DNA of 63,373 nt, counting the filler. It is 7 parts of 7 records of this genome, joined end to end, with 100 filler letters (N's around TTAATTAATTAA, not from the genome) between each part and the next. Parts side by side here need not be neighbours in the genome. Positions count along the whole stretch, not along the records: positions 12,528 to 26,670 come from SRR31147125_42399; positions 26,771 to 38,473 come from SRR31147125_42425; 5 more parts are not named here. The stretch is one strand, 5' to 3'. The notes beneath the pieces are model-generated. The model ran no database searches, was not told where the DNA came from, and saw nothing but the letters and a program-made list of their open reading frames with translations. Positions 20,240 to 31,770 of this stretch are shown here, piece after piece. The position numbers and the translations under genes were made by a program. How positions within the stretch are numbered: the first letter of the stretch is position 1; every line of letters starts with the position of its first letter.

Positions 20240-21277
20240 ATGCTGACAGCAAAACAAAATATGCAAGAAGCCATAAGAGGTGGCAACCCGGAGAGATTTG
20301 TTAACCAGTATGAGGCGATACAGCTACTGTTTCACCCCTACATCTTTCACTCCAACGCGCTGTTGGAAAAAGGCCAGACAAACGTCGTAAATGCCTGGGG
20401 CATTACCAATTCCTTCCCCGACAATGTACCTGGAGCCTTTCCTGTGCATACGGCGGACAAGATCGTTGTCAAAGACATTGAGCACTGGCGTGACTATGTC
20501 CACGCGCCTCCAGTAAAATTTTCCGATGAAGAATGGGCTATGTTTAAAGCCCAGTACGACGCCGTGGATGGTGACCAGGCCTATAAGGCTACGTTTATCG
20601 CACCCGGCCTCTTCGAACAGTCGCATCACTTGTGCGAGATCAGCCGGGCGCTGGAGTATTATGCGCTGTATCCAGACGAGATGCACGATTTAATCAAGTA
20701 TCTTGTAGACTGGGAGCTTGAGCTTCTGGAGGGCATCTGCACGCACCTTAAGCCGGACGCTATCTTCCATCACGACGACTGGGGCGGCGAAAAGAGCACG
20801 TTTATGAGCCCGAATATGTTCGCGGATTTCTTCGTAGAACCCTATAAGCAGATTTACGGCTATTGCCACGACCATGGCGTAGAGCTTGTTATCCATCACG
20901 CGGACAGCTATGCCGCCACACTCGTGCCGCACATGATCGAAATGGGCATTGATATCTGGCAGGGATGCATGGAATCGAACAATGTCCCGGAACTCGTTAA
21001 AAAATACGGCGGCCAGATTACCTTCATGGGTGACATTGACAACAAGTCAATGGATTTCCCCGGCTGGACAAGGGAAGACTGCGCAAAAGCCGCGCGCAGA
21101 GCCTGCGGCAACAATGGTGCCAAGTACTTTATCCCCTGCATCACCCAGGGCGGCCCCGGCTCTGTTTATCCGGGCGCTTACACGGTTTTAACGGAAGAGA
21201 TCGACAAGTACAGCGAAGAGGTCTTCGGTGTCAAGGCCGACGACATCACGCGTCTGCCGATTCAGCTGCTGTTCTAA
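20240..21277 (+). CDS. Uroporphyrinogen decarboxylase-family (MtaA/CmuA-like) protein
   Basis: HHDDWG, MSP, HHADS, GDID and PC motifs; AGGAGG RBS before ATG 20240. Confidence 0.85.
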   Translation: MLTAKQNMQEAIRGGNPERFVNQYEAIQLLFHPYIFHSNALLEKGQTNVVNAWGITNSFPDNVPGAFPVHTADKIVVKDIEHWRDYVHAPPVKFSDEEWAMFKAQYDAVDGDQAYKATFIAPGLFEQSHHLCEISRALEYYALYPDEMHDLIKYLVDWELELLEGICTHLKPDAIFHHDDWGGEKSTFMSPNMFADFFVEPYKQIYGYCHDHGVELVIHHADSYAATLVPHMIEMGIDIWQGCMESNNVPELVKKYGGQITFMGDIDNKSMDFPGWTREDCAKAARRACGNNGAKYFIPCITQGGPGSVYPGAYTVLTEEIDKYSEEVFGVKADDITRLPIQLLF

Positions 21278-21308
21278 AAATAGCGGGAACAATTTAACAA
21301 GAAAGTTT

Positions 21309-21342
21309 AAGAGCAGGCCGGTTTTACCGGCCTGCTCTTTCT
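21309..21342 (+). terminator. Intrinsic terminator
   Basis: AAGAGCAGGCCGGT-ttt-ACCGGCCTGCTCTTT. Confidence 0.8.
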
Positions 21343-21593
21343 CATGCGTTTTGCCGGAAATGACGGTATAAAATGGGCGGGGGATGTGTAATTATCAGAT
21401 TTTGTTGTCCTGCGCGTGATTTTCACTCAAAGATTTAAGTCTCAAATTCGATAATGGTAATAGAGGGTAACAGTGTGATACAGATGTTTTAAGGAATTTC
21501 AAAATAAATTTTTAGCCGGCGTGATGATGTTGGACAGCACCATTGACCATGGTGCAGCCGGCTTGGCGAGCGGACTCGATGAAAGGACACATA

Positions 21594-23012
21594 ATGTTAT
21601 TTCAGAAACTGAGGATAAAAAAGCGAAAAAACCAGACAGGGACGCACTCTGCCGGCAGGAAGCGCAAAATTGCAGCGAAGGTAGATCATTCGGACCCGGC
21701 AAGCAAAAAAGCGGCTTTTATTTTTAAGGGCGTATTTAATATAGCCACGCTGATCAGTGATTTTGATCTCAGGCTGTCCTTTTTCGGCAGAAAAATCAAT
21801 GACTCGTCAGATCATTTAACCGGTATGTTTTCGAAGGTCGCAACCTATTCAGAAGAAATATCCGTTTCAACGACTCAAATTGTGAGCGCGAATACTGAGC
21901 TGTCCGAAGCAATAGGCCGCATCTCTGATGACGCGGAGCTTCTCAACCGGAACACGGCGCAAAGCAACGAAATCCTCAAGTGCATTGAAGAGGAGAATAC
22001 AGAGATGCTGGTTTTTTCTAAAGATATGACGCAAAGCGTCGGCGACCTTTTGTCGGTCATTGATAAAATAAACGAAGCGGTGAAGGGTATCACGAAGATT
22101 TCGGATCAGACGAAGCTGCTGTCACTCAACGCGTCGATTGAAGCCGCGCGGGCGGGGATGGCCGGCAAGGGCTTTGCCGTCGTTGCCGATGAGATCCGGG
22201 ACCTGTCTGAAACGACCAAGAAAATGACGCTCCGGATTGACGAGCTGCTGACGGAGATGAACTGCGCTTCCCATAAAAGCAAAAGCAGTGTTGACAAAAC
22301 CATCGATTCCATCGGCCGTGTCAGCGGCAGCATCGAAACCGTTTCGAGCGTTATGGCAGACAGCGCGGCCGCGACGGAAAGCATTACGAGCCGTATAACC
22401 GAAGCGGCTGAGACGAGCCGGGGCATCAGCGGGTCTTTGCAGGAATCGTCCGCGGCGCTGGAATCGGTCAATAATGATATACAAAGCCTGTCCAGATCGG
22501 CTGAAGAGCTTAAAAACATCAGCAGCGCGATCCATGAAATATCGGCGTCGATCGGGAACATAGAAGATACCGTTAATCAGCTGGCGCTTGCCTCCGGGGA
22601 AATGGTTAATAGTAAGCTTTGCGGCCTGTCAAATGACGATTTTATCGAAACGGTGGAAAAGGCGATTAAGGCGCACGGCGCGTGGATGAATAACGTTAAA
22701 AACATGGCAAAAAACATGACGGTTATTCCCATACAAACGGACGAGCATAAATGTGGTTTCGGCCATTTTTATTACGCCGTAAAGCCCGCGTCCGATAAGC
22801 TATCGGTTTTGTGGGATAGTGTTGAGGCGCTGCACCATGACCTGCATAAAACAGGCGATATCATTATCGGCTGTATTGAACAAAACAATGCCGGCCGGGC
22901 CATGGCTGCCGCCAATGACGCGGAACGGATTTCGGGCGCCATTATTGATAAATTCAAGCAGATGATCCAGCTTGCCAAGGATATGACGCATAAAAACGAG
23001 TACGTTTTCTAA
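21594..23012 (+). CDS. Cytoplasmic methyl-accepting chemoreceptor with C-terminal CZB domain
   Basis: [36 protein letters not shown]...HKCGFGHFY...HHDLH; no TM helix; AAAGGA RBS before ATG 21594. Confidence 0.88.
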   Translation: MLFQKLRIKKRKNQTGTHSAGRKRKIAAKVDHSDPASKKAAFIFKGVFNIATLISDFDLRLSFFGRKINDSSDHLTGMFSKVATYSEEISVSTTQIVSANTELSEAIGRISDDAELLNRNTAQSNEILKCIEEENTEMLVFSKDMTQSVGDLLSVIDKINEAVKGITKISDQTKLLSLNASIEAARAGMAGKGFAVVADEIRDLSETTKKMTLRIDELLTEMNCASHKSKSSVDKTIDSIGRVSGSIETVSSVMADSAAATESITSRITEAAETSRGISGSLQESSAALESVNNDIQSLSRSAEELKNISSAIHEISASIGNIEDTVNQLALASGEMVNSKLCGLSNDDFIETVEKAIKAHGAWMNNVKNMAKNMTVIPIQTDEHKCGFGHFYYAVKPASDKLSVLWDSVEALHHDLHKTGDIIIGCIEQNNAGRAMAAANDAERISGAIIDKFKQMIQLAKDMTHKNEYVF

Positions 23013-23093
23013 CGACGGTAAGCTGCATAGCCGTCTCACATAAGCCGCGTAAAAAAGCTCACACGATGTGTGAGCTTTTTTGCTTATTCAGTT

Positions 23094-23414
23094 TTACGAC
23101 GCGTCTAGGGCCGCGATACTGTCCCGGTCACGATCAAGCTTTTTATTTCTGAAATATAAGGCCATGTCAATGGTGATTTCAATTATATTGAGGCAATAGA
23201 AGAAAAGCGCCATATAAAATAAAAAGTCCTGATTACCGCCGGCTTGTATCTGTATGATTTTCCGGACAATTCCGAATACGTAGCCGATCCAGATAAAAAC
23301 CTCAAATAATAGGCTTTTGCCCTTGGCTGTTCGGGATACATATGATCTGTAAATTGAAATGGGCCAGGATAATCCAAAACATAGAATCATCAGGGCTTCC
23401 AGTAAGTTAATCAT
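23094..23414 (-). CDS. Small PQ-loop-like 3-TM membrane protein
   Basis: LEALMILCFGLSWPISIYRSY..RTAKGKS; the upstream part of ORF 23094..23729 is antisense to a real + strand gene. Confidence 0.7.
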   Translation of the reverse strand: MINLLEALMILCFGLSWPISIYRSYVSRTAKGKSLLFEVFIWIGYVFGIVRKIIQIQAGGNQDFLFYMALFFYCLNIIEITIDMALYFRNKKLDRDRDSIAALDAS

Positions 23415-23577
23415 CAGCTTCACTCCGATACTTATTAACGCAGTGTACCCATTATACCGCAAAAACCGGACGATTTGATATAGGAGAAATATAGAACATG
23501 AATTATAATAAACGGTGGCATTAAGCTGTTTTATATGGTATTCTCTGATGTATATCCTGGCATAAAGGCGGTAAAAA

Positions 23578-23736
23578 ATGAGTACTGGAATCATTGGCGG
23601 GGCTGATGGGCCTACAGCCGTATATATTGCTTCTTCCCCCGTAAACTGGGTTGTGATTACGGCGGCCGCTGTGGCGGTAACCGCTGCAGTCATTACGGTT
23701 ATTATTCTTGTAAGAAGAAAAAGAGCCAAACGCTGA
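23578..23736 (+). CDS. 52-aa single-pass membrane microprotein carrying the OadB IGGADGPT motif (not in ORF track)
   Basis: MSTGIIGGADGPTAVYIASSPVNWVVITAAAVAVTAAVITVIILVRRKRAKR*; AAAGGCGG RBS-like element upstream. Confidence 0.75.
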   Translation: MSTGIIGGADGPTAVYIASSPVNWVVITAAAVAVTAAVITVIILVRRKRAKR

Positions 23737-23763
23737 AAGGGATCGGAATTAGGGTGGATCGAT

Positions 23764-24444
23764 TTGAAAAATGAAAATAGCTATAAAATAAAAATCACAA
23801 AAAACGGACCGTATATTGTGACGGGCGGCGTACCGCTCGCTGAGAAAACTATTGTCCCCAAGGGGCGGGAATATGAATATCAGCCCGGACGCGCGCTTCC
23901 GCAGCGCGAAACCTATTCGCTGTGCCGGTGCGGCAAAACAAAAACGCCGCCGTTTTGCGACGGGTCGCATATGGACGGCGTATTCCACGGTGAGGAAACC
24001 GCCTCCAGAAGGACCTACAGCGAACGAGCAGAGCTGTTTGAAGGACCGGGCATTGATCTGCTCGATGACGACCGGTGCGCGTTTGCGCGCTTCTGCCACC
24101 GGAAAAACGGCACGGCCTGGACGCTGACAGAAGAGTCTATCACGGAAGAAAATAAAGCCGAGGTCATACGGGCCGCGAGTGACTGCCCAACCGGACGGCT
24201 GACGGCTGTTGATAAAGACGGGACACGGTATGAGCCGGAGCTGGAGCCATCCATCGAAATTATCCAGGACCCTGAAAAGGGCGTGAGCGGCGGGATTTTC
24301 GTCAAGGGCGGCATCCCGATTGAATCGGCCGACGGTACGCTGTATGAACGGCGCAACCGCGTTGTATTATGCCGGTGCGGTAAATCACGGGAAAAGCCGT
24401 TTTGTGATGCCACCCACGTCATGGTGAAGTACATCGCGAAATGA
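23764..24444 (+). CDS. CDGSH Fe-S domain protein (2x CDGSH flanking a divergent 4Fe-4S domain)
   Basis: LCRCG...PFCDGSH; CAFARFC...CPTG; LCRCG...PFCDATH. Confidence 0.9.
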   Translation: MKNENSYKIKITKNGPYIVTGGVPLAEKTIVPKGREYEYQPGRALPQRETYSLCRCGKTKTPPFCDGSHMDGVFHGEETASRRTYSERAELFEGPGIDLLDDDRCAFARFCHRKNGTAWTLTEESITEENKAEVIRAASDCPTGRLTAVDKDGTRYEPELEPSIEIIQDPEKGVSGGIFVKGGIPIESADGTLYERRNRVVLCRCGKSREKPFCDATHVMVKYIAK

Positions 24445-24466
24445 TGTGACAGAACTACATTTAACA

Positions 24467-24512
24467 AAAAAACATCCGGGCCCGATGCAGAGCATTGGGT
24501 CCGGATGTTTTA
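24467..24512 (+). terminator. Intrinsic terminator
   Basis: AAAAACATCCGGGCCCGATGC...GCATTGGGTCCGGATGTTTT. Confidence 0.7.
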
Positions 24513-24606
24513 TTCATGAATTGTTAGGAATCCGGACATATTGATTTCATAAAAAACGGTGAAAAAATGGTAAAATAATGTTGGAGGAATATGCCTTGGA
24601 AAGGAG

Positions 24607-25704
24607 ATGGCAATGAAAAGATTAATCGTGATAGTAATGGCCGCGCTACTGGCCGTGACGACTGGCGCTTGCGCATCGGGTAATCAGGCCCCCACCGATC
24701 CGTCAGCTGGCGGGACGACGGCGACGCCGGTCGACGATACTTATACGAAGCGTGAGGATGTAGAGGTCATATATCTGGCGGGCGGCTGCTTTTGGGGTAC
24801 GGAATCACTGATGCAGACCATACCCGGCGTAATTAGCGCCACCAGCGGGTATGCCAATGGTAGCGACGGCGTTGTGGCCAACTATGATAATGCCGGCGCC
24901 AACGGTTTTCGTGAGACTGTCCGCGTGGAATACCGGCCGGAATTGGTAAGCCTTGACAAGATATTGTTCACGTATTACCGATCCATCGACCCGACGGCGA
25001 CAAACCGGCAGGGTAATGACGTCGGCGGACAATATCAATCGGGCGTGTACTGGTCCGACGACGCGACGAAGGAAATCGTGATGCGTATTGCCGATGTGGA
25101 GAAAAAGCGCTATGACGACTTTGCCGTAGAGCTTGAGCCACTTCGAAGCTTCTATAAAGCCGAAGAATATCATCAGGATTATCTCGATAAAAATCCGGGC
25201 GGCTACTGCCATATCTCGCTGAGCGAATTCCGGCTGGCCGCTAATATGATTATCGACCCGGCCGATTACAGGCGGCCATCGGACGAGGAGATCAAGGCGA
25301 TGCTCAACTCGGAGAAATATGCCGTTACACAGGAGGCCGCCACGGAACCGGCCTTTGAAAACCCCTATTGGGATTCCTATGAAAAAGGCATTTATGTCGA
25401 CGTTGTAACAGGCGAGCCGTTGTTCTCGTCCAGCGACAAAATTGACAGCGGTACCGGCTGGCCCAGCTTTACCAAAGGTATAGATGAAAATACATTTGTT
25501 TACCTGGCTGACGCGTCGGGAGGGATGGCCCGTACAGAGGTGCGCAGCCGCGCCGGGAACTCACATCTGGGCCACGTCTTTTACGGAGAAAATGAATCGC
25601 CAAGCGGTGTGCGCTTTTGCATCAACAGCGCCGCGCTGCGGTTTATACCCTACGACGAAATGGAAGCCGAGGGCTACGGCTATCTGCGCCAATACGTCGC
25701 TTGA
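24607..25704 (+). CDS. msrAB: Bifunctional methionine sulfoxide reductase MsrA/MsrB, lipoprotein
   Basis: Lipobox TGAC, GGCFWG, AEEYHQDY, GWPSF, HLGHVF, RFCINS. Confidence 0.93.
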   Translation: MAMKRLIVIVMAALLAVTTGACASGNQAPTDPSAGGTTATPVDDTYTKREDVEVIYLAGGCFWGTESLMQTIPGVISATSGYANGSDGVVANYDNAGANGFRETVRVEYRPELVSLDKILFTYYRSIDPTATNRQGNDVGGQYQSGVYWSDDATKEIVMRIADVEKKRYDDFAVELEPLRSFYKAEEYHQDYLDKNPGGYCHISLSEFRLAANMIIDPADYRRPSDEEIKAMLNSEKYAVTQEAATEPAFENPYWDSYEKGIYVDVVTGEPLFSSSDKIDSGTGWPSFTKGIDENTFVYLADASGGMARTEVRSRAGNSHLGHVFYGENESPSGVRFCINSAALRFIPYDEMEAEGYGYLRQYVA

Positions 25705-25814
25705 AAAAATAAGGACAGCCGGCGACGTAAATATTGATAATTGTCGGAAATAATGATACGATGCAAGCAAAAAGACAAAAACTGCCGGACAGGCGGGAAG
25801 AGGATGGCATACGT

Positions 25815-26648
25815 ATGAGCAGGGTGTACAGAAAGCTGAAAAGATGCGTTAAATATATACGGGCTAAGACGGAATTCACGCCGCGCGTGGCGCTCGTTTT
25901 AGGCTCGGGACTGGGCGACTATGCCGACGAGCTCAAGGTCGAGGCGAGTATTGATTATGGTGATATCGATGAATTCCCGGTAAGTACTGTGCCAGGTCAC
26001 CGCGGCCGGTTCGTGTTTGGTTACGTTGGGGACGTGCCCGTTATTATCATGCAGGGGCGGGTGCACTACTATGAGGGGTATCCCGTTTCCGACGTGGTGA
26101 TGCCGATTCGCCTGACGGGACTTCTGGGCGCTCAGAGTATCCTTCTGACAAATGCCTCCGGCGCGATCAACACCTCGTTTTCGGCAGGCGATTTTATGCT
26201 GATCACAGATCATATCGCCCATGGCGTGCCGTCGCCGCTTATCGGCAAGAACATTGACGAGCTGGGTACACGCTTTCCCGATATGAGTGAGGTTTATAAC
26301 AGCGGAAACTGCCAGCTGATCAGGGAGGCAGCCGAATCGCTCGGCATCGGTCTTAAAGAGGGTGTTTATATCCAGACAAGCGGCCCGAATTTTGAGACGC
26401 CGGCCGAGATCCGCGCGTACGGCGCTCTCGGGGCCGACGTTGTCGGCATGAGCACGGCCTGTGAGGCTGTCGCGGCTGTACACATGGGCATGAAGGTATC
26501 GGGCATATCGTGCATATCAAATATGGCAGCCGGCATCTCGAAAAATCCGCTGACGCATGCGGAGGTCATGGAAACGGCCGACCGTGTCGCGCCGGACTTC
26601 AAGCGGCTCATCACCGAGTCGGTCATCCGTATCGGCGCCGGGAAATAA
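25815..26648 (+). CDS. punA: Purine nucleoside phosphorylase (trimeric type)
   Basis: LGSGLG, GRVHYYEG, GPNFETPAE, VGMST, ISN.AAG. Confidence 0.9.
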   Translation: MSRVYRKLKRCVKYIRAKTEFTPRVALVLGSGLGDYADELKVEASIDYGDIDEFPVSTVPGHRGRFVFGYVGDVPVIIMQGRVHYYEGYPVSDVVMPIRLTGLLGAQSILLTNASGAINTSFSAGDFMLITDHIAHGVPSPLIGKNIDELGTRFPDMSEVYNSGNCQLIREAAESLGIGLKEGVYIQTSGPNFETPAEIRAYGALGADVVGMSTACEAVAAVHMGMKVSGISCISNMAAGISKNPLTHAEVMETADRVAPDFKRLITESVIRIGAGK

Positions 26649-26670
26649 GTTTTGCTATTAAAAGCGGGGG

Positions 26671-26770
26671 NNNNNNNNNNNNNNNNNNNNNNNNNNNNNN
26701 NNNNNNNNNNNNNNTTAATTAATTAANNNNNNNNNNNNNNNNNNNNNNNNNNNNNNNNNNNNNNNNNNNN
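26671..26770. other. Artificial contig linker
   Basis: N44-TTAATTAATTAA-N44. Confidence 0.98.
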
Positions 26771-26794
26771 AAAAACTAAAAGCGAAACAAAACA

Positions 26795-29661
26795 ATGAAA
26801 CACCTTATATCTGTACCACAAAACGTTGTTCCCCATTTTCATGAAATTGCAGAATTAAACAAGAATGATTGGTTTGTTTCTACCGATCCGGATAATAAGA
26901 AGGTAGGTTCAGGCGGAGGAACTGCTCATATTTTATCAGAATTATTTCAGCAAGAGGATGGAAATGATTTCTCAACCTTATTACAGAAAGATAAAAAGGT
27001 AATTATTCATGCAGGAGGCCAAAGCCGAAGATTACCGGCATATGCTCCTTTAGGAAAGAGTTTGCTCCCCATGCCGGTTTTTCGCTGGTCAAGAGGGCAG
27101 CATCTTAATCAGCGTCTAATACATTTGCAATCGCCATTATTCGAGCAACTGATTAAGAAAGCTCCCAAAAAGCTTAATACACTGGTTGCCAGTGGCGATA
27201 TTTTAATATTTGGAGGTAATAATATACCTGAAATACCTGAAGCCGATATCGTTTGTTTTGGACTTTGGCTTGAGCCGGAAAAGGCTACTAATCATGGCGT
27301 ATTCTTTTCGAAGCATAACACCCCGAACAAACTGGAGTTTATGCTACAGAAACCTTCGATACAAAAGATAAGGACGCTGGTACAGGATTACTATTTCCTG
27401 ATGGATATAGGAGTTTGGCTTTTAAGCGATAAGGCAGTTAATATACTTATGAAAAAATGCGGTTGGAAAGGAACCGGATTCATCAACAGCTGTGCTGAGA
27501 ATTATGATTTATATAGCGACTTTGGAATGGCATTAGGGAATATTCCCACCACAAATAATGACGAAATAAACCAGTTGAGTGTTGCTTTAGTCAATCTTGA
27601 AGGTGGAGAATTTCATCATTTGGGAAATACATCGGAATTAATAAGCAGCAACTTAAATATTCAAAATCGGGTACATGATCAACGAGAAATATGGCATAAA
27701 CATGTTAAGCCACATCAATCTATTTTTGTATTAAATGCAGAAACAAAAAACAACTTTACCGGTGCTAATCAAAACATCTGGATTGAAAATTCTTGCATTC
27801 CTGAAAGTTGGACAATGAGCTCCAACCATGTTTTTACCGGTATTATTGAAAATAACTGGCAATTAAAACCCGAACCAGGCTGCTGCCTCGACTTAATTCC
27901 TGTAAACGAAAATGAATACATTGTTAGGAATTATGGCTTTTTCGACAACTTCAGGGGAGAGCTCAACCATGCAGATACAAAATTCATGAATATCTCGCTC
28001 ATGAATTGGTTAAACAAAAGAAATCTGGCAACAAGTTTTGATTCTATACCAAAAAATACCGATTTTTTCAACTTACTACTTTTCATACAACTCGATAAAA
28101 AACAACTTACCCAGGAATTTATTCAGTGGTTGTGGGATGAAAATCCAATACAGAATAAAGAATATTCAACTCTTTGGGAAAAAGCAAAAAGAGTAAGCGC
28201 ACAGGCGATTAGCGAATTAGGCAATATTCCTTTACTCGAAAAAACAAGAAAAAATCATCGGATGAGTAATTATACGCTATTGGCCAATAATTATAATCGT
28301 TCGGTTTTTTACCAACTCGACTTACAAAAAACAGCAAACGATTTCGCAAAAAACAATATGGAACTCCCCGCTGTAATTGAAGAAACAAAAAAAGACTGGC
28401 TTGCAATTCACGACAATATGTTTAGAGCCTACTACCTTCGTTCTTCCGGCACAACATGTGAAGCTCATGAAAAAAAGGCTTTTTCATTTTTGCAAGAACA
28501 AATAGTCGATTATCATAAACAAAGAGCTGTTAATCCTAAGGTTGCACTTCTTTCAGATCAAATTGCATGGGGGCGTAGTCCTGTCCGTTTAGATTTGGCC
28601 GGAGGCTGGTCTGACACCCCACCCTACTGTTTCTTATATGGTGGGAAAGTGGTTAATGTGGCTGTTGAGTTAAATGGCCAACCTCCGCTTCATTGCTATG
28701 TAAAAGGCTGCGAAAAACCTGAAATTGTATTGCGCTCGATTGATTTGGGAGCCCGTGAGGTATTAACAAATTTCGAGGATATACGCTCTTTCGAAAATAT
28801 ACAGTCGGCTTTTTCAATTCCGAAAGCAGCACTGGCTCTTTGTGGTTTTCTACCTGAATTTGCTAAAGAAAAATACAACTCGCTGTCTGAACAACTAAAA
28901 GCACTCGGTGGAGGTCTTGAGATTAGCATATTATCCGCAGTGCCAAAGGGATCGGGACTTGGCACCAGTTCTATATTAGCAGCCACAGTTTTAGGTACTT
29001 TAAATGAGGTTTGTTGCCTTAACTGGGACAAACAGGAAATAGGGAAACGAACATTGGCACTTGAGCAACTATTAACCACAGGCGGAGGCTGGCAAGACCA
29101 ATACGGAGGTCTTCTTGAGGGTATTAAATTACTGGAAACCACTTCTGGAATTCATAGGAACCACAAACAAAATGGCTCCCTGATTCGCTTTTTTGTTTAC
29201 CGGAAAACAAGAATCGTATATTATTATATTATACGGGCATAACACGGATTGCCAAAAGTATACTTGCCGACATCGTTCGGGGAATGTTTCTTAATTCAAA
29301 CGAACACCTTACAGTATTAAAAGAATTAAAAAGCCACGCACTGCACACTTACAAAGCACTTTTAGAGAAAGATTTTGAAAAATTTGCTCAAATGTTGGAT
29401 AGAAGTTGGCAATTAAATCAGCAAATTGATGCAGGTACTAATACTCCTGAAATTCAAGAATTGATAGGTCGAATTAATCCATATATCGTATCTCAAAAAT
29501 TGCTGGGAGCCGGAGGAGGTGGTTTTATGTTAATTATAGCAAAAGATGCAGATGCAGCCGTTCAACTAAAAACTACACTCACTGCAAATCCGGTTAACGA
29601 CCGCGGACGTTTTATTGATTTTGAAATTTCGCAAACTGGTTTTCGGGTTACTAAAAGCTAA
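26795..29661 (+). CDS. fkp: Bifunctional L-fucokinase / fucose-1-P guanylyltransferase, frameshift at ~29155
   Basis: GSGGGT, HAGGQSRRLP, RLDLAGGWSDTPP, PKGSGLGTSS, GGWQDQ, KLLGAGGGG; the shifted frame restores EPQTKWLPDS...YYTGITR. Confidence 0.9.
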
Positions 29662-29744
29662 AGGACATTGGATTTTATTAAGAAACGTCATATATTGAAG
29701 CTTATCTTCAAGTGATATTTGTTCTTAAATTCTGATTTATCTGT

Positions 29745-30947
29745 ATGAAAAAACTCTTTCTGTTTCTAATTACAAGCTTTTTAACGTTTGTTGCACAAAA
29801 TATTTATGCACAAAATTCGATTACTGCCAACCTACAGGAATTGGGTTTTGAAAATATTAGGTGCAAAAATGAGAAGAATGTATATTACATTTCGATTGAA
29901 AACAGAAGTTACCGAAGCGATGCTTACGGTATTACTTTAGCACTTAATAGTATAAGCTCAGAACTTAACGAAGACAAAAATATTAATCTCCTTTTACTTG
30001 AGAATGAATTACCACAACTACTTGTTCAGGTACAAGCTAATAGCTGGAAAAAATTTAAATCAGGAAAAATTTCCAAAGAAGAGTTTGTTCCACTATTCAA
30101 AGTAACCCGAAATGTTAGGGAGATCTGGAATATTTTAAAAAACAATAAACCTGAGAATCCTGCGATAAAACAGGCAGATTTGATAATTTATCCAGGATTT
30201 GCTTTCAAGAATAACAGAATGGATAAAATATATGAAACCAAGCTAGAATTAAAACCAGCACTTGAACATTGCTTCTGGCCGGGAAATAAAATTGTAGCTC
30301 AAGTAATATTCCCCATTCATAACGAGTTTGGTTACGAAAGTGATTTTATACGCCCTGGATATGCAACAGTTGCACAAAAATTTATATTTGGAGACCAATG
30401 GACTACAATCCTAAACGCCGGAAATTTCAACCAAAATCGTTATGGATTCAGGGGCACCATACAAAAACCAATACACGAAAACTGGATTGCAGAAATGAAT
30501 GCAGGCTATACCGGAAGTTCCTATTTTTATGATTCGAAATGGGATCGGGGAAAAATGAATACATTCACGGGATCTGCTTCGTTATCTTATTTTTGGAGTC
30601 GTTTTAATATGAATTTAGAAGGTGGTATTGCAAAATACATTTACGACGACAAAGGTATCTTTGGAAGTGTAACACGCTATTTTGGAGAAACCTCTGTAGA
30701 GTTTTTTGCAAGTACAGGCACCCACGAATTCAATGGTGGTTTTGTTATAACTGTGCCACTGTTTTCAAAAAAACGTTTAAGGAAAGGGAATGTTATAAAG
30801 TTAACAATACCTGAAAGCTTCTCATTAACGTATAATTCAGGTAATGAGCAATTTTTAAGTAAAAGATTTTTAACAAAAGAAAGAAACAATAAACTAAAAA
30901 TGCGTAACTTGTCTACACTAATTCGAAATCAAATTGTTAACTATTAA
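29745..30947 (+). CDS. YjbH-like outer-membrane protein
   Basis: Signal peptide, GFENIR...IENRSYR, alternating beta-strands (GNFNQNRYG, RYFGE). Confidence 0.55.
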   Translation: MKKLFLFLITSFLTFVAQNIYAQNSITANLQELGFENIRCKNEKNVYYISIENRSYRSDAYGITLALNSISSELNEDKNINLLLLENELPQLLVQVQANSWKKFKSGKISKEEFVPLFKVTRNVREIWNILKNNKPENPAIKQADLIIYPGFAFKNNRMDKIYETKLELKPALEHCFWPGNKIVAQVIFPIHNEFGYESDFIRPGYATVAQKFIFGDQWTTILNAGNFNQNRYGFRGTIQKPIHENWIAEMNAGYTGSSYFYDSKWDRGKMNTFTGSASLSYFWSRFNMNLEGGIAKYIYDDKGIFGSVTRYFGETSVEFFASTGTHEFNGGFVITVPLFSKKRLRKGNVIKLTIPESFSLTYNSGNEQFLSKRFLTKERNNKLKMRNLSTLIRNQIVNY

Positions 30948-30959
30948 GTTCATAGAATC

Positions 30960-31706
30960 ATGAGAAAATTAAATTTTACAACATTAAGAGTAATTGCTGT
31001 AATAGCAGCAGTACTTCTACTGTTACCATCATGTGAAAATACAGACAATGAAACTCAGGTATTTGATGATTGCTTCGATATAACAGGAGTGGTTGAATTA
31101 AACGATAAAATAACCTCTGCCAGCAGCGTAGAGGAATTAGAAGTATTGTTCGATCACCTTAATGTATCTGCACAGGTGGAAAAATCAGGAGCAACCAATT
31201 TTACAGAAATGGATAGCGAACTTCCGCAAATATTTGCAGAAATCTCCCTTTCTGAATTTATATCAGAACTGGAATCGGATCTTGTAATTAGCTCTTCAGA
31301 GAAGGATTTATTATTAAAAAATGACCTAACTACATTTGAAAATGTAATAGCTCGTTTTGGAAGTGTTATTACGGAATTAGAACAGAACGGTTTTGAATCT
31401 GAATCGTTAGACTTGGGAGATAGTTATACGTTAAAAATAATTGAAACTCCTTATACATATTATGCCAACGATTACTACAATGGACTATTGGAAGTTAAAT
31501 CTTTTATTGAAGACCAGGTTCTATCTCCTCTTAAAGCTTTGGAATCGTTGGAAACAGAAAAATCAGCCACACTTTCCGCATGTTCAGGCTGCACTCTAAT
31601 TTCGTTTTTAATGGCACATGAAATTAATAACTTATGTGAACTTATCTATTGGATTAAATATTGGTTAGAGAATGGATGTCACAACGGAGGTGGCGGAGGT
31701 GATTAA
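30960..31706 (+). CDS. Acidic lipoprotein of unknown function
   Basis: Lipobox LPSC followed by acidic residues; ends CHNGGGGGD. Confidence 0.7.
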   Translation: MRKLNFTTLRVIAVIAAVLLLLPSCENTDNETQVFDDCFDITGVVELNDKITSASSVEELEVLFDHLNVSAQVEKSGATNFTEMDSELPQIFAEISLSEFISELESDLVISSSEKDLLLKNDLTTFENVIARFGSVITELEQNGFESESLDLGDSYTLKIIETPYTYYANDYYNGLLEVKSFIEDQVLSPLKALESLETEKSATLSACSGCTLISFLMAHEINNLCELIYWIKYWLENGCHNGGGGGD

Positions 31707-31770
31707 ATGAAATACAAATAATAATTTATATGCCTGACAGAATTTTTTCTTTCAGGCTTTTTATTCCATT

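Noticed and set aside
2741-25704. Selenocysteine recoding in the redoxin, TlpA or MsrAB
   Set aside because: All active-site positions are Cys codons, with no in-frame TGA.
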